A stretch of 52,148 bases of DNA from Parcubacteria group bacterium GW2011_GWA1_40_21 (GCA_000996205.1 LBYO01000002.1:1-52148); one strand, 5' to 3'; numbered from the stretch's first letter, positions 1 through 8,390 are shown. The notes: generated by a model not told the origin, from the letters alone. Numbers and translations: made by a program.

Positions 1-222
1 TGATTTTTTATCTTTGATTTCATTTTGGCGAAGCCAAAATGTGTCCCACATATCGCGCGCAGGATGATCTTTGGGAATATTCAGGGCATCAAAATTGTAA
101 TGCTCTGTTTCAATTTCCGGGCCATCTATAAGATTAAAACCCATTTCGGAAAAAACATCATTTATCTTCCGAATGACTTTGGTGAGAGGGTGAATATGAC
201 CGAGCTTTTCTTTGTTATTCAT
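1..222 (-). CDS. pheS: phenylalanine--tRNA ligase alpha subunit, N-terminal part (gene continues past the left edge)
   Basis: My own minus-strand translation from the ATG at 222 gives MNNKEKLGHIHPLTKVIRKINDVFSEMGFNLIDGPEIETEHYNFDALNIPKDHPARDMWDTFWL. This carries the HPLT..GPEIE..NFDALN.P..HPARD..DTF signature of PheS. It is missing from the ORF track because it is edge-truncated. Confidence 0.85.
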   Translation of the reverse strand, partial: MNNKEKLGHIHPLTKVIRKINDVFSEMGFNLIDGPEIETEHYNFDALNIPKDHPARDMWDTFWLRQNEIKDKKS

Positions 223-229
223 AACGCAA

Positions 230-257
230 ATTATACAGAAAATCGAGCTTAATTCAA
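230..257 (-). promoter_or_regulatory. sigma70-like promoter TTGAAT-16 nt-TATAAT; the -10 ends 7 nt before the pheS ATG (leaderless mRNA predicted)
   Basis: On the minus strand, TTGAAT lies at 252-257 and TATAAT at 230-235, followed by ttgcgtt and then the ATG at 222. Confidence 0.45.
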
Positions 258-266
258 TCAAAACAG

Positions 267-305
267 AAGGTTGTAGCTCGCCCGCCGAAGAGGCGGGGTT
301 GTAAG
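267..305. repeat. F-family intergenic repeat fragment (GAAGGTTGTAG plus GC hairpin CCCGCC-gaaga-GGCGGG)
   Basis: It has the same GAAGGTTGTAG lead and CGCCCGCC...GCGGG hairpin as 33818-33892. Confidence 0.5.
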
Positions 306-336
306 AAAAAAAAGAAAATTTTAGGAAACAAAAATT

Positions 337-415
337 TCTGTCATTCCCGCGCAGGCGGGAATCCATGTTCAACCACAGAGAGTCTGGATTCCCGCCTGCG
401 CGGGAATGACACAGA
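337..415. repeat. A-family palindromic repeat (GTCATTCCCGCGCAGGCGGGAATCC arms, ATTCCC-N8-GGGAAT cores)
   Basis: Near-perfect inverted arms surround a ~25-nt centre. A second copy, in inverted orientation, lies at 14748-14828. Confidence 0.8.
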
Positions 416-445
416 GACGGAGATATCCTCATAGTTAAAAATAAT

Positions 446-961
446 TTAAAAAGTTATGAAATATTTAACTAGCCATAAAATTAAAGATATTATGAGAATT
501 TGAAGAAAAATACCGACAATGAAATGCTTTTCAAGTTTTTTGTTTCGGCTGTGAATCCAGTAATGAAAAAGATACAAAGACTTAAAAGGCTCGCGCCTAA
601 ATCTAAAGTAGGCAAATTGCAGAATATCGGGGGCGACTCCTCCTGCTATGCCCGCAATTAATATTGGCAGTGAAAAGACATTGAAACCTATAAAATAAAA
701 AGTGAAAAAAGAAAAGATAATCCCCAGAAGCATATCAAATGAGACTTTCTTAAAATCCGAAAAAAAATCTTTGCCGACTGTTATGTCATTATTTAAAGGA
801 TTATTCAAATCCTTCTTGGACGACAATAGATCATATTCCCAATGCGGAATTGCGTCCATAATATAGTGGCTCGCTAACGCGGCGGAAAAAGCGAGCGCCG
901 GATGAGATGGAAACGCGCTCGCCGCGGCAACTCCTATTATCGCATGGCTGGTTAAGATCAT
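446..961 (-). CDS. polytopic membrane protein, possibly a membrane-bound metal-dependent hydrolase (YdjM/DUF457-like)
   Basis: The 171-aa ORF has several hydrophobic helices and His-rich motifs (SHAIIG, HYIMDAIPHWEY, HYWIH). The family call is tentative. Confidence 0.4.
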   Translation of the reverse strand: MILTSHAIIGVAAASAFPSHPALAFSAALASHYIMDAIPHWEYDLLSSKKDLNNPLNNDITVGKDFFSDFKKVSFDMLLGIIFSFFTFYFIGFNVFSLPILIAGIAGGVAPDILQFAYFRFRREPFKSLYLFHYWIHSRNKKLEKHFIVGIFLQILIISLILWLVKYFITF

Positions 962-1068
962 ATTGATTGATTTAAGGTAAGATTATAATACAATCAAAGA
1001 TCAAAATAAATACATGCAAAAAACTCCACCTAATAAATCATATCATCAGGTGGAGTTTGTTTTTTATC

Positions 1069-2112
1069 TTAGGATAAAATTTTGCCGGCTTGCAATAATA
1101 TGTACTCCGTATCTTTCCAGCTCAAGCAAGAATCTGTGACGGAAATGCCATATTTCAACGCAGACGGGTCGTCAGGAATTTTTTGACTACCTTCATTAAG
1201 GTAGCTTTCCAGCATTGCGCCGACAATATTCCTATTCCCTTCCAATCGTTGATCTAAAATATTCTTAAGCACTTTAACTTGATTGATGTGATTTTTCCCG
1301 GAATTTCCGTGCGAACAATCAACCACCACCGACGGAAGCAGTTTTTCTGATTTCAGATGTTTGATGATTTCTGAAATACTTTCATCGTCATAATTGGTTA
1401 AATTCCTGCCCCCTCTTAAGATAATATGAGCCCAAGGATTGCCTTTTGTTTTTATCATGCTTAATGTCGCATTTTCATCAATCCCGACAAAAGTATGACT
1501 ATGCTTAGAGCATTGCATGGCATCAATGGCGGACTGATAAGATCCATCCGTACTATTTTTAAACCCGACAGGCACGGACAAACCGCTAGCCAATTCTCTG
1601 TGCGTCTGCGATTCGGATGTCCTCGCTCCTATTGCGGCATAGCTTAACAAATCAGAAAAATATCTCACAGAAAAAGTGCCTAGTACCTCAGAACCGATTG
1701 GCAACCCCAAGTCAGTTATTTTTTTGGATATTCTTCTGGCAATTGTTAAACCTTCGGCTATATCGCACGAACCATCCAAGTGAGGATCGTTTATCAACCC
1801 CTTCCAGCCTATCGTGGTTCGTGGCTTTTCAAAATAGGTTCTCATTACAATAAAGATTGACTGCTCTAATTTTTTCTTGAGCTCAAGCAATTTGTAAGCG
1901 TATTCCATAGCCTCTTCTTCGCTATGTATAGAACATGGACCGACTATCATCAGAAAACGGTTGTCTTTTTGTGAAAGTATATTTTTTATAATTTCCCTGC
2001 TTTCCAGTACTGATTTTAGAGCCAGTCGTGATGCTGGAAACTGTTTCTCTAAAACTATCGGCATCGGCAACTTGACAACTTTTTCAACATTCACAAACCT
2101 TACTTTCTTCAT
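1069..2112 (-). CDS. aroG: 3-deoxy-7-phosphoheptulonate (DAHP) synthase, class I
   Basis: The 347-aa ORF carries LMIVGPCSIHSEEEAMEYA, KPRTTIGWKGLINDP and GARTSESQTHRELASG, which are typical of AroF/G/H. Confidence 0.9.
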   Translation of the reverse strand: MKKVRFVNVEKVVKLPMPIVLEKQFPASRLALKSVLESREIIKNILSQKDNRFLMIVGPCSIHSEEEAMEYAYKLLELKKKLEQSIFIVMRTYFEKPRTTIGWKGLINDPHLDGSCDIAEGLTIARRISKKITDLGLPIGSEVLGTFSVRYFSDLLSYAAIGARTSESQTHRELASGLSVPVGFKNSTDGSYQSAIDAMQCSKHSHTFVGIDENATLSMIKTKGNPWAHIILRGGRNLTNYDDESISEIIKHLKSEKLLPSVVVDCSHGNSGKNHINQVKVLKNILDQRLEGNRNIVGAMLESYLNEGSQKIPDDPSALKYGISVTDSCLSWKDTEYILLQAGKILS

Positions 2113-2144
2113 CTTTTATCCTTTCAATAATTAATTTTCCAAAG

Positions 2145-2178
2145 AACAACAAAAAACCGGCTTCACAAGAGGCCGGTT
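2145..2178 (-). terminator. intrinsic terminator-like hairpin about 35 nt upstream of the aroG start
   Basis: The minus-strand RNA reads AACCGGC-cucuugugaa-GCCGGUU followed by UUUUUUGUUGUU. Confidence 0.55.
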
Positions 2179-2359
2179 GCAGATGTCTAAATTAATTAAT
2201 TCTAATCTTCTTAAATTTTAGGCAACAATAACCAGTCTCTTGTCAGTTAGAGTTTTATTAAAAAAACCTCTTATAAAATAAATTCCGAGCACCGAATAAA
2301 TTTGATTTTTTCATCAATTTCAATGATACAAGAAATATCAAGGAAAGCAATCCGTTCGG

Positions 2360-2531
2360 TCACACTACTGTCAGCTCCGCGAAAAACTGCGAGCCTTTGC
2401 CTTCCCCTTCGGACTCCGCCCAGATTTTGCCGTTGTGGGCCAGAACGATGCTTTTCGCTATAAACAAACCGAACCCGGTGCTGTCAACATTTATCTTTTG
2501 GGAATTTTTGCCTTTGCCACCTTCGGTAAAT
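2360..2531 (-). pseudogene. orphan 3'-terminal remnant of a histidine kinase gene (HATPase_c G2 box to the stop codon)
   Basis: It translates to LFTEGGKGKNSQKINVDSTGFGLFIAKSIVLAHNGKIWAESEGEGKGSQFFAELTVV*. It is ~92% identical at nucleotide level to the 3' end of the intact kinase gene (5895-6034). There is no upstream kinase sequence; it begins right after the M20 peptidase stop codon. Confidence 0.8.
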
Positions 2532-2535
2532 AATT

Positions 2536-3612
2536 TTATAAATATTTTTCAATTATTGCTTTGTATATCCGTTTTGTTTTTTGCAAACTTTTTTTGCTCA
2601 CCCACTCATCCGACTGGTGAGCATTGAAAGGCCCTGGTCCAAGAATGATCATCTTAGAAGCCGCGCCGTCAAGAAAAGAACCATCCGTAAAATAATTTAC
2701 CCCTTCACTTTTATTTTTAGTGATTTTTTCCATATCAGAAATAAATTTTTTATCATCGCACTGCGCTGGTGGAACTGAAAACATAACTTTTACTTTAGCC
2801 TTGTATTTTTCTGAAATTTTTAAAAAGTTTCTGATTATTTCATTGTTCTGTTTCTCCTTAACGGTGCGACATTCTATTTCTAAAACACATTCATTTGGCA
2901 CCTTATTGACAGCATCTCCACCTTTTATTTTTCCCACATTAACAGTGGCGTAATTGGGCGTAAAAATATCATTTTTATCATTTTTAATGCGCACAAAATA
3001 TTCTTGAATTTCTTTAATAAAATCAGATGCAAGAATTATGGCGTTTAATCCTTTTTCAGGTTCGCTCCCGTGATATTCTTTGCCGAAAAAATTTACCACG
3101 AAAGAAACGATCCCCTTGGACGCGATTATTGGTTTAAGATTTGTAGGTTCTCCGACAATAATATAATCAGTGTCTATTTTTTTAGTTTTTGTAAAATCTG
3201 TTATTCCTTTAAAACTTATTTCTTCGTCGTATGTGAGTAATATGCTAAATCCATTTTTGCAATTTTTAAAATTTATTTGCGATAACGCGGATAACAAAGA
3301 AGCGATTCCGCCTTTCATATCAGAACTGCCAAGACCGTAAATTTTGTCCCCGTCAATTGTCATTTCAAAAGGGTCGTTTGTCCAATTTTTACCGGCGGAA
3401 ACAGTGTCCGTGTGTCCCAAAAAAGTTAAAATCGGTTTTTTACCGATTGTGGCAAAAAGATTTGCCTTATTGTCTTTGTTGTTTTTAATTAAGGAAACAT
3501 TAAAACCGAATGCGTTTAAAAAATCGCCTATCCAGCTTGTTATTTTAGCGTTTTCCTTATCGGAAACAGTATTAAATTTTATTAAATTTTTTAAAATATT
3601 TTCAATATTCAT
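2536..3612 (-). CDS. M20 family metallopeptidase/deacylase (ArgE/DapE-like)
   Basis: The 358-aa ORF carries FLGHTDTV, GLGSSDMKGG and LTYDEE, which are the M20 metal-ligand and catalytic motifs. Confidence 0.85.
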   Translation of the reverse strand: MNIENILKNLIKFNTVSDKENAKITSWIGDFLNAFGFNVSLIKNNKDNKANLFATIGKKPILTFLGHTDTVSAGKNWTNDPFEMTIDGDKIYGLGSSDMKGGIASLLSALSQINFKNCKNGFSILLTYDEEISFKGITDFTKTKKIDTDYIIVGEPTNLKPIIASKGIVSFVVNFFGKEYHGSEPEKGLNAIILASDFIKEIQEYFVRIKNDKNDIFTPNYATVNVGKIKGGDAVNKVPNECVLEIECRTVKEKQNNEIIRNFLKISEKYKAKVKVMFSVPPAQCDDKKFISDMEKITKNKSEGVNYFTDGSFLDGAASKMIILGPGPFNAHQSDEWVSKKSLQKTKRIYKAIIEKYL

Positions 3613-3673
3613 ATATTTTTATAAATAAAGGGAAGTGACTTTTGCGGCCACCTCCCTTTTTTGAAAATCAGCT

Positions 3674-4207
3674 TTATTGGAACATCGCCCAATAAGTCCT
3701 GTCAAAATGTTTACCGTCTTTAATCTTTAGATCACTAAAGCCCAACTTGCTATACATTTTTCTGGCTGGCACAGCGTTAATGTGTGTTCTTAAACACCAA
3801 CAATCAACCCCGATTTTCTTAGTTTGCTTGATGATACTTTTTGTTATCTTTCCGCCTATGCCATGCATCCTATGTTTCTTGTGGACACCAAGCTCATCAA
3901 TATAAAAGACTGCTTTTGATGCCTGTTCAAACAAGAAACTCAAGAGATTGCTGTTAGATATCGCCTCCATTAGTTTTTTGTCTATTTGATATCCCCATGT
4001 AAAACCTATTACTTTGTCTTTGTTAACAGCTACTATCAACATCGCCGCCTCTTTCTTTAATTGTTCTTGAATATCTCTCAAGACTTCTTTTTGTTTCCAA
4101 AAATATTCATTCCATGGCGGTTCTTTCCAAATCTCGCAATAAAGCCTAGCGGTTTTTTCAAGCAGTTTTTTGTCGCCATTATTACCGCAAATTTTTATAA
4201 TTTCCAT
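3674..4207 (-). CDS. GNAT family N-acetyltransferase
   Basis: It carries the GNAT motif A, ELGVHKKHRMHGIGGKI. The start was trimmed to the ATG at 4207 (MEIIKICG), which is preceded by AAGGAG. The ORF-track start at 4294 abuts the hisS stop codon. Confidence 0.8.
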   Translation of the reverse strand: MEIIKICGNNGDKKLLEKTARLYCEIWKEPPWNEYFWKQKEVLRDIQEQLKKEAAMLIVAVNKDKVIGFTWGYQIDKKLMEAISNSNLLSFLFEQASKAVFYIDELGVHKKHRMHGIGGKITKSIIKQTKKIGVDCWCLRTHINAVPARKMYSKLGFSDLKIKDGKHFDRTYWAMFQ

Positions 4208-4294
4208 CCGTATCTCCTTAAGATAAAAATTTAGACAGTCGTCAGTTATATTATAACTGACGACTGTCGCAAATAACACGAATTCGAAACTCAA

Positions 4295-5635
4295 CTACAT
4301 TATCTTGCTTACTTCCGAGCAAACATCATTCAAGTTTACAAAGTTCTGTTCCCCCGTTTCAAGATTCTTGATCTGGACACTGTTTTTATTAACTTCATCA
4401 TTACCAGCAATAATGGCAAACCTAAATCCCTTCTTGCTAGCGTATTTAAGTTGATCGCCTAATTTCTTGGAATCAAAATAAACTTCTGTTTTAATACCGC
4501 TATCCCTAAGTAAAGTGGCGATATTAAAATAGTAAGACATCAGGTTTTTATCCATTGATGTTATCAACACGAGAGCTGTCGTGGACGGACCGGTTTTTAT
4601 TATTCCCGCCTTAAGCAGTTGAGAAAACAGCCTTGTCAGTCCAATTGATATTCCCACCCCAGGCATTTTCTTGTCGCCAAAAAAACTCGTTAGATTGTCA
4701 TAGCGACCGCCGGAACAAATGCTTCCAATCCCAGGATAATCAATCAGTGTTGTTTCGTAAATCGTTCCCGTGTAATAATCCAAACCGCGAACAATGCCGA
4801 GGTTAATTTTGTAGCTCTCTTGAGGAATACCGAGAGAATTCATGTGTCCAATCACCTGTTCGAGCTCATCAACTCCTTGTAAGAACAATTCATTGTCTAC
4901 TTTGCAAGAACGGAGATATTCCATTGTTTCATTGATTGACTTGTTAATGCTGGCGAAATTGATTATGTCATCAATGGTGTTCGCACCTATTCCTTTTTCC
5001 GCCATTGTTTTTCTTGTTTCAGCTACTCCAACTTTTTCAAGCTTGTCTATCGCATGCATAGCTTCATTGATACAATGGCTACTTAATCCGTAAAAGCTAA
5101 AATAGCCCTGGAGTATTTTTTTGTTGTTCACATTTATCATGAACTTTCCAATATTCATTTGCTTGAATATTTGGTAAATAACACTCGGCATTTCAGCGTC
5201 TACTAAAAGTGGCAACTCTCTATCACCCACGACATCAATATCGCATTGATAAAATTCGCGGAATCGACCAGACTGTGGTCTTTCTCCGCGCCAGACTTTT
5301 TGAATCTGGTAACGACGGAATGGAAAACTTAAAAGACCGTAGTTTTGTACCACATAGCGAGCCAACGGCACAGTCAAATCGAAATGAAGCGCCAAGTTTT
5401 GGTCATTGTCGCCAGAATAATTAGACAAACGTCCCAAAGTATAAATTTCCCTGTCGTTAGAGCCTTTCGCTATAAGCATAGCCGTTTTTTCAACAGCGCT
5501 TGTCTCTATCGGCACAAATCCATACTTCTCAAAATTTTCGCGTATCATGTCTAAAATACTCTGTTCCAAAATTCTTTCTTCCGGCAACCATTCCGGGAAA
5601 CCGCTTATGGCTTCTGGCTTTAAAAAATTACTCAT
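4295..5635 (-). CDS. hisS: histidine--tRNA ligase, paralogue 1
   Basis: The 446-aa ORF carries GFPEWLPEE, DLTVPLARY, motif 2 FRRYQIQKVWRGERPQSGRFREFYQCDID, RGLDYYTG and GGRYDNL. It also has a C-terminal anticodon-binding domain. Confidence 0.85.
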   Translation of the reverse strand: MSNFLKPEAISGFPEWLPEERILEQSILDMIRENFEKYGFVPIETSAVEKTAMLIAKGSNDREIYTLGRLSNYSGDNDQNLALHFDLTVPLARYVVQNYGLLSFPFRRYQIQKVWRGERPQSGRFREFYQCDIDVVGDRELPLLVDAEMPSVIYQIFKQMNIGKFMINVNNKKILQGYFSFYGLSSHCINEAMHAIDKLEKVGVAETRKTMAEKGIGANTIDDIINFASINKSINETMEYLRSCKVDNELFLQGVDELEQVIGHMNSLGIPQESYKINLGIVRGLDYYTGTIYETTLIDYPGIGSICSGGRYDNLTSFFGDKKMPGVGISIGLTRLFSQLLKAGIIKTGPSTTALVLITSMDKNLMSYYFNIATLLRDSGIKTEVYFDSKKLGDQLKYASKKGFRFAIIAGNDEVNKNSVQIKNLETGEQNFVNLNDVCSEVSKIM

Positions 5636-5860
5636 GACATTTATCCTCTCAAAAATTTACGAGTCAAAGTTAACTAAAAAAACAATTTTTCTGCCCAACA
5701 TTCCCTATCGCATTGTAGCACCTCCTCCCTAAACAGTAAGAAACTGAAAAATAGAATTGCGATTTTTAACAGAAGCAACCTCCTTTCTTTAAATTGGCTT
5801 TATCATGTTTTAAAAGAACAATCGTTCCTATACAAAATACTATCTATATTCCCTCATTTG

Positions 5861-7468
5861 TCAATGTTTTGGGAATTCCACCAAAAACTCGCTTCCTTTG
5901 CCTTCCCCTTCCGACTCCGCCCAGATTTTGCCGTTATGAGCCAAAACAATGCTTTTCGCTATGAACAGTCCGAAGCCGGTGCTGTCAACATTTATCTTTT
6001 GGGAATTCTTGCCTTTGCCGCCTTCGGTAAACAATCTTTCTTTGTCTTCTTTTGTAAGTCCGACTCCCGTATCTTTGACACTAAACAGAATCTTGCCGTC
6101 ATTCTTGGACAAAGAAACGGTAATCTTGCCAGCGGGAGTATATTTGATTGAATTGTCTATGAGATTTTTGATGACATGCTTTAGCTGGAATTCATCCCCC
6201 GACATTTTGAAATCTCCTTCGTTGATATTTGTTTCAAAGGAAAGTTTTTTGTCATGGACGTTTTTATCTTGTTCTGAAATCACGCTCAAAACGAGTGCCT
6301 TAAAATCTAAAACCGCCTTGCTGTACTTCATAAGCCCGCCTTTTATGCTCGCGGCGTTTAAAACATCTTGGACCATAGCGATCCCGTCGTTGTCAGATCT
6401 CAATCCTTCTTTCGCGATTACTTCCATCTTTCCCTCAAGCCGGCCGTAATCTCCGTCAAGCATTGCCGAAAATATGTATTTGGATTTCGTGAAAAATCCT
6501 TTGACTTGATGAGTGATGAAGTGTATTAGATCTTCCTGTCTTTCGTTCGCGACTTGAAGCTGTTCTCCCTGTTCGGAAATAGTCTGCACGAATTTATTCA
6601 TCAAGAAGCTTACGATGAGCACTATCATAAAGACCGAGGATCGATAAATGACGGCGGAAATATCTTGCGCAAAAATTATTTCTGAAAATGAGACGATTGA
6701 GAGCACGAATGTCAATCCCGCAACCGCAGCTGTTCTTAAATTAAAAAGCCTGTGCTTGTATATCGCATAACCCGTAAACGCGACGAATGGGAAAATGAAA
6801 AGAGCACCAAGAGGAATAAATCTGACATTTAGAAAAACTGCAGGAAGAATCACATTAAATGTGATAAGTAAAGAAAACATTATAACAGTCCCAATTAAAA
6901 TCAAGATGTGCTGTTTTCTCTCTCTGCCTTTCGCTTTGAAAGTTTTTCTTATAAAAATACTTACCCCACCTAAGACTAGTCCTGCCACAACAAATAAAAA
7001 TAAAAATATACCGTTTGCCACGACAGTCTTTGACACCGAGCCGTCAGATGACAATTGGGCTATGCTTGGAAAAACTAGAGGTGTTAAGGTGATAGCAGAA
7101 GTGATTACAACAAGCGGTATCAATAAAAATTTATACATCCACGGAAAATAAATTTTTTCTTTGGGAAAGACATACAAAAAAGTAAAAAAAGTAAAAGCGT
7201 GCCAAACTCCAAGAAAGATAACTGCTCGCAAAAGCCAAAGAACAACCGTCGGCGAAGTTGCCTGATAATTTATGTAGTTAAAAAAGCTCCATAAAATGGT
7301 AATAATCGAGAAAATAAAAAAGAATTTATTCGTTATGCTCTTGCGATTAGTGATATAAATCACAAAGCCCAATATTCCTATAGCCGCGATAGTAGACCCA
7401 ACCGACAACAGATCAAAATTTTTTAAAGGAATATTTCGTATTACATTTGCAATTTCGCTAAGTAACAT
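5861..7468 (-). CDS. sensor histidine kinase with a multi-TM N-terminal domain
   Basis: About 9 predicted TM helices are followed by the H-box HFITHQVKG, N-box DNSIKYT, G1 DTGVGL and G2 GFGLFIAK. There is no response regulator in the window. Confidence 0.85.
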   Translation of the reverse strand: MLLSEIANVIRNIPLKNFDLLSVGSTIAAIGILGFVIYITNRKSITNKFFFIFSIITILWSFFNYINYQATSPTVVLWLLRAVIFLGVWHAFTFFTFLYVFPKEKIYFPWMYKFLLIPLVVITSAITLTPLVFPSIAQLSSDGSVSKTVVANGIFLFLFVVAGLVLGGVSIFIRKTFKAKGRERKQHILILIGTVIMFSLLITFNVILPAVFLNVRFIPLGALFIFPFVAFTGYAIYKHRLFNLRTAAVAGLTFVLSIVSFSEIIFAQDISAVIYRSSVFMIVLIVSFLMNKFVQTISEQGEQLQVANERQEDLIHFITHQVKGFFTKSKYIFSAMLDGDYGRLEGKMEVIAKEGLRSDNDGIAMVQDVLNAASIKGGLMKYSKAVLDFKALVLSVISEQDKNVHDKKLSFETNINEGDFKMSGDEFQLKHVIKNLIDNSIKYTPAGKITVSLSKNDGKILFSVKDTGVGLTKEDKERLFTEGGKGKNSQKINVDSTGFGLFIAKSIVLAHNGKIWAESEGEGKGSEFLVEFPKH

Positions 7469-7478
7469 ATTTTTGTAA

Positions 7479-8390
7479 TTAAATCTCTCTTAAATAATGA
7501 CCTGTATTCTTAAAAAAAGATACTTTAGAAAAATTCAAATTTATTTTCCCTGAATATCGCAACATTGAAAAAATAGTGCCGTTTAAAAATACGGGGTTAT
7601 TCCAAGCAACTATAGATTGCGGTATCATATGAAACCAGCTTCTATACCCATCATACTCCAAAGATTTTTTTGATATTTCCTTTATTATTTTATCCAGTTT
7701 ATCCTTATCAGATTCTTCAGTAAGGTGATGCTTAAAAAGAGAATTGTAGACTAAATCAAAATATTTTGGCGGGAATTCGGCACCAAGATTAAAAATATCG
7801 TTTTTACACAAAATGACAGTGATTCCTCTGTTCGTTTTTGCTATTTCTTCAAGTCTGTTTTTCGTCAAGTTTTCAACATCAACAATCTCAACTGCTTTTC
7901 CTAAAAAATTTAGATTTTCTTTTGCTATTTTATTGGTGATCGGCGATTTGTCCACTCCGATGAAGATAATCGGTTTGCCGTATTTTTTCTCAAGCAATTG
8001 AGAAATGACTTGTCTGTCAACTTCCATCCCTCCCGCGCCCAAGTTGGCTAGTATAAGAGGTCTGTTCTCTTTCAAAATACTCTGAATGACTTTATCTGCT
8101 AACGGTTTTACTAATCCCGGACGATCTTTCCTCTCCATTTCTATCAATCTCTTATGCATCCTCACATCCCACTCCTCCACCGGAAAATCCGTCAATTCCA
8201 GAAGTCTTGAACCGTCAATCTTTGACGCTCTGGTCAGAAGCCACCATACATAGCGGGGCAAAGATTTCATCGCCTCCGCGAATTGTATGTTTTCCTCAAT
8301 CGCGTAAAGTCGACCGCTATATCGCGAGTCGTTCTTGAACTCCCGCAACTTTTCCAAAATGCCCTCTATTTCCATTCTTCTTTTTTTCAT
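7479..8390 (-). CDS. class I SAM-dependent methyltransferase-like protein
   Basis: It carries LILANLGAGGME (motif I), FIGVDKS (motif II) and DLVYNSLFKHHL. The fold-level call is tentative. Confidence 0.5.
   Translation of the reverse strand: MKKRRMEIEGILEKLREFKNDSRYSGRLYAIEENIQFAEAMKSLPRYVWWLLTRASKIDGSRLLELTDFPVEEWDVRMHKRLIEMERKDRPGLVKPLADKVIQSILKENRPLILANLGAGGMEVDRQVISQLLEKKYGKPIIFIGVDKSPITNKIAKENLNFLGKAVEIVDVENLTKNRLEEIAKTNRGITVILCKNDIFNLGAEFPPKYFDLVYNSLFKHHLTEESDKDKLDKIIKEISKKSLEYDGYRSWFHMIPQSIVAWNNPVFLNGTIFSMLRYSGKINLNFSKVSFFKNTGHYLREI

Noticed and set aside
25-252. ORF-track entry of 75 aa on the plus strand
   Set aside because: It is antisense to a clear PheS N-terminal coding sequence on the minus strand (HPLT...NFDALN.P..HPARD) and has no motif of its own.
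223-366. N-terminal extension of pheS from the in-frame ATG at 366
   Set aside because: The extension would be translated from the A- and F-family repeats (MDSRLRGNDRNF...), shows no PheS similarity, and would run through a good promoter located just upstream of the ATG at 222.
3674-4294. ORF-track starts that use TTG/GTG far upstream (3674-4294, 8456-9583, 9674-10330, 38166-38579, 42667-43176, 48505-49128, 50460-50858, 50821-51339)
   Set aside because: The extra N-terminal residues overlap upstream genes or lack similarity. In each case an internal ATG, often with an SD, matches the conserved start of the family, so the coordinates were trimmed.
5639-5667. Promoter TTGACT-17-ATAAAT upstream of hisS-1
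   Set aside because: The -10 ends only 3 nt before the ATG, which is too close for a transcript that includes the start codon. The GAGAGG in the spacer is more likely to be the ribosome-binding site.
5636-5860. T-box riboswitch in the 225-nt leader of hisS-1
   Set aside because: No AANNNGGGUGGNACCGCG T-box sequence, AG bulge/GNUGNGA elements or terminator/antiterminator pair could be found. TAGGGAGGAGGUGCUACAAUGCG is only superficially similar.
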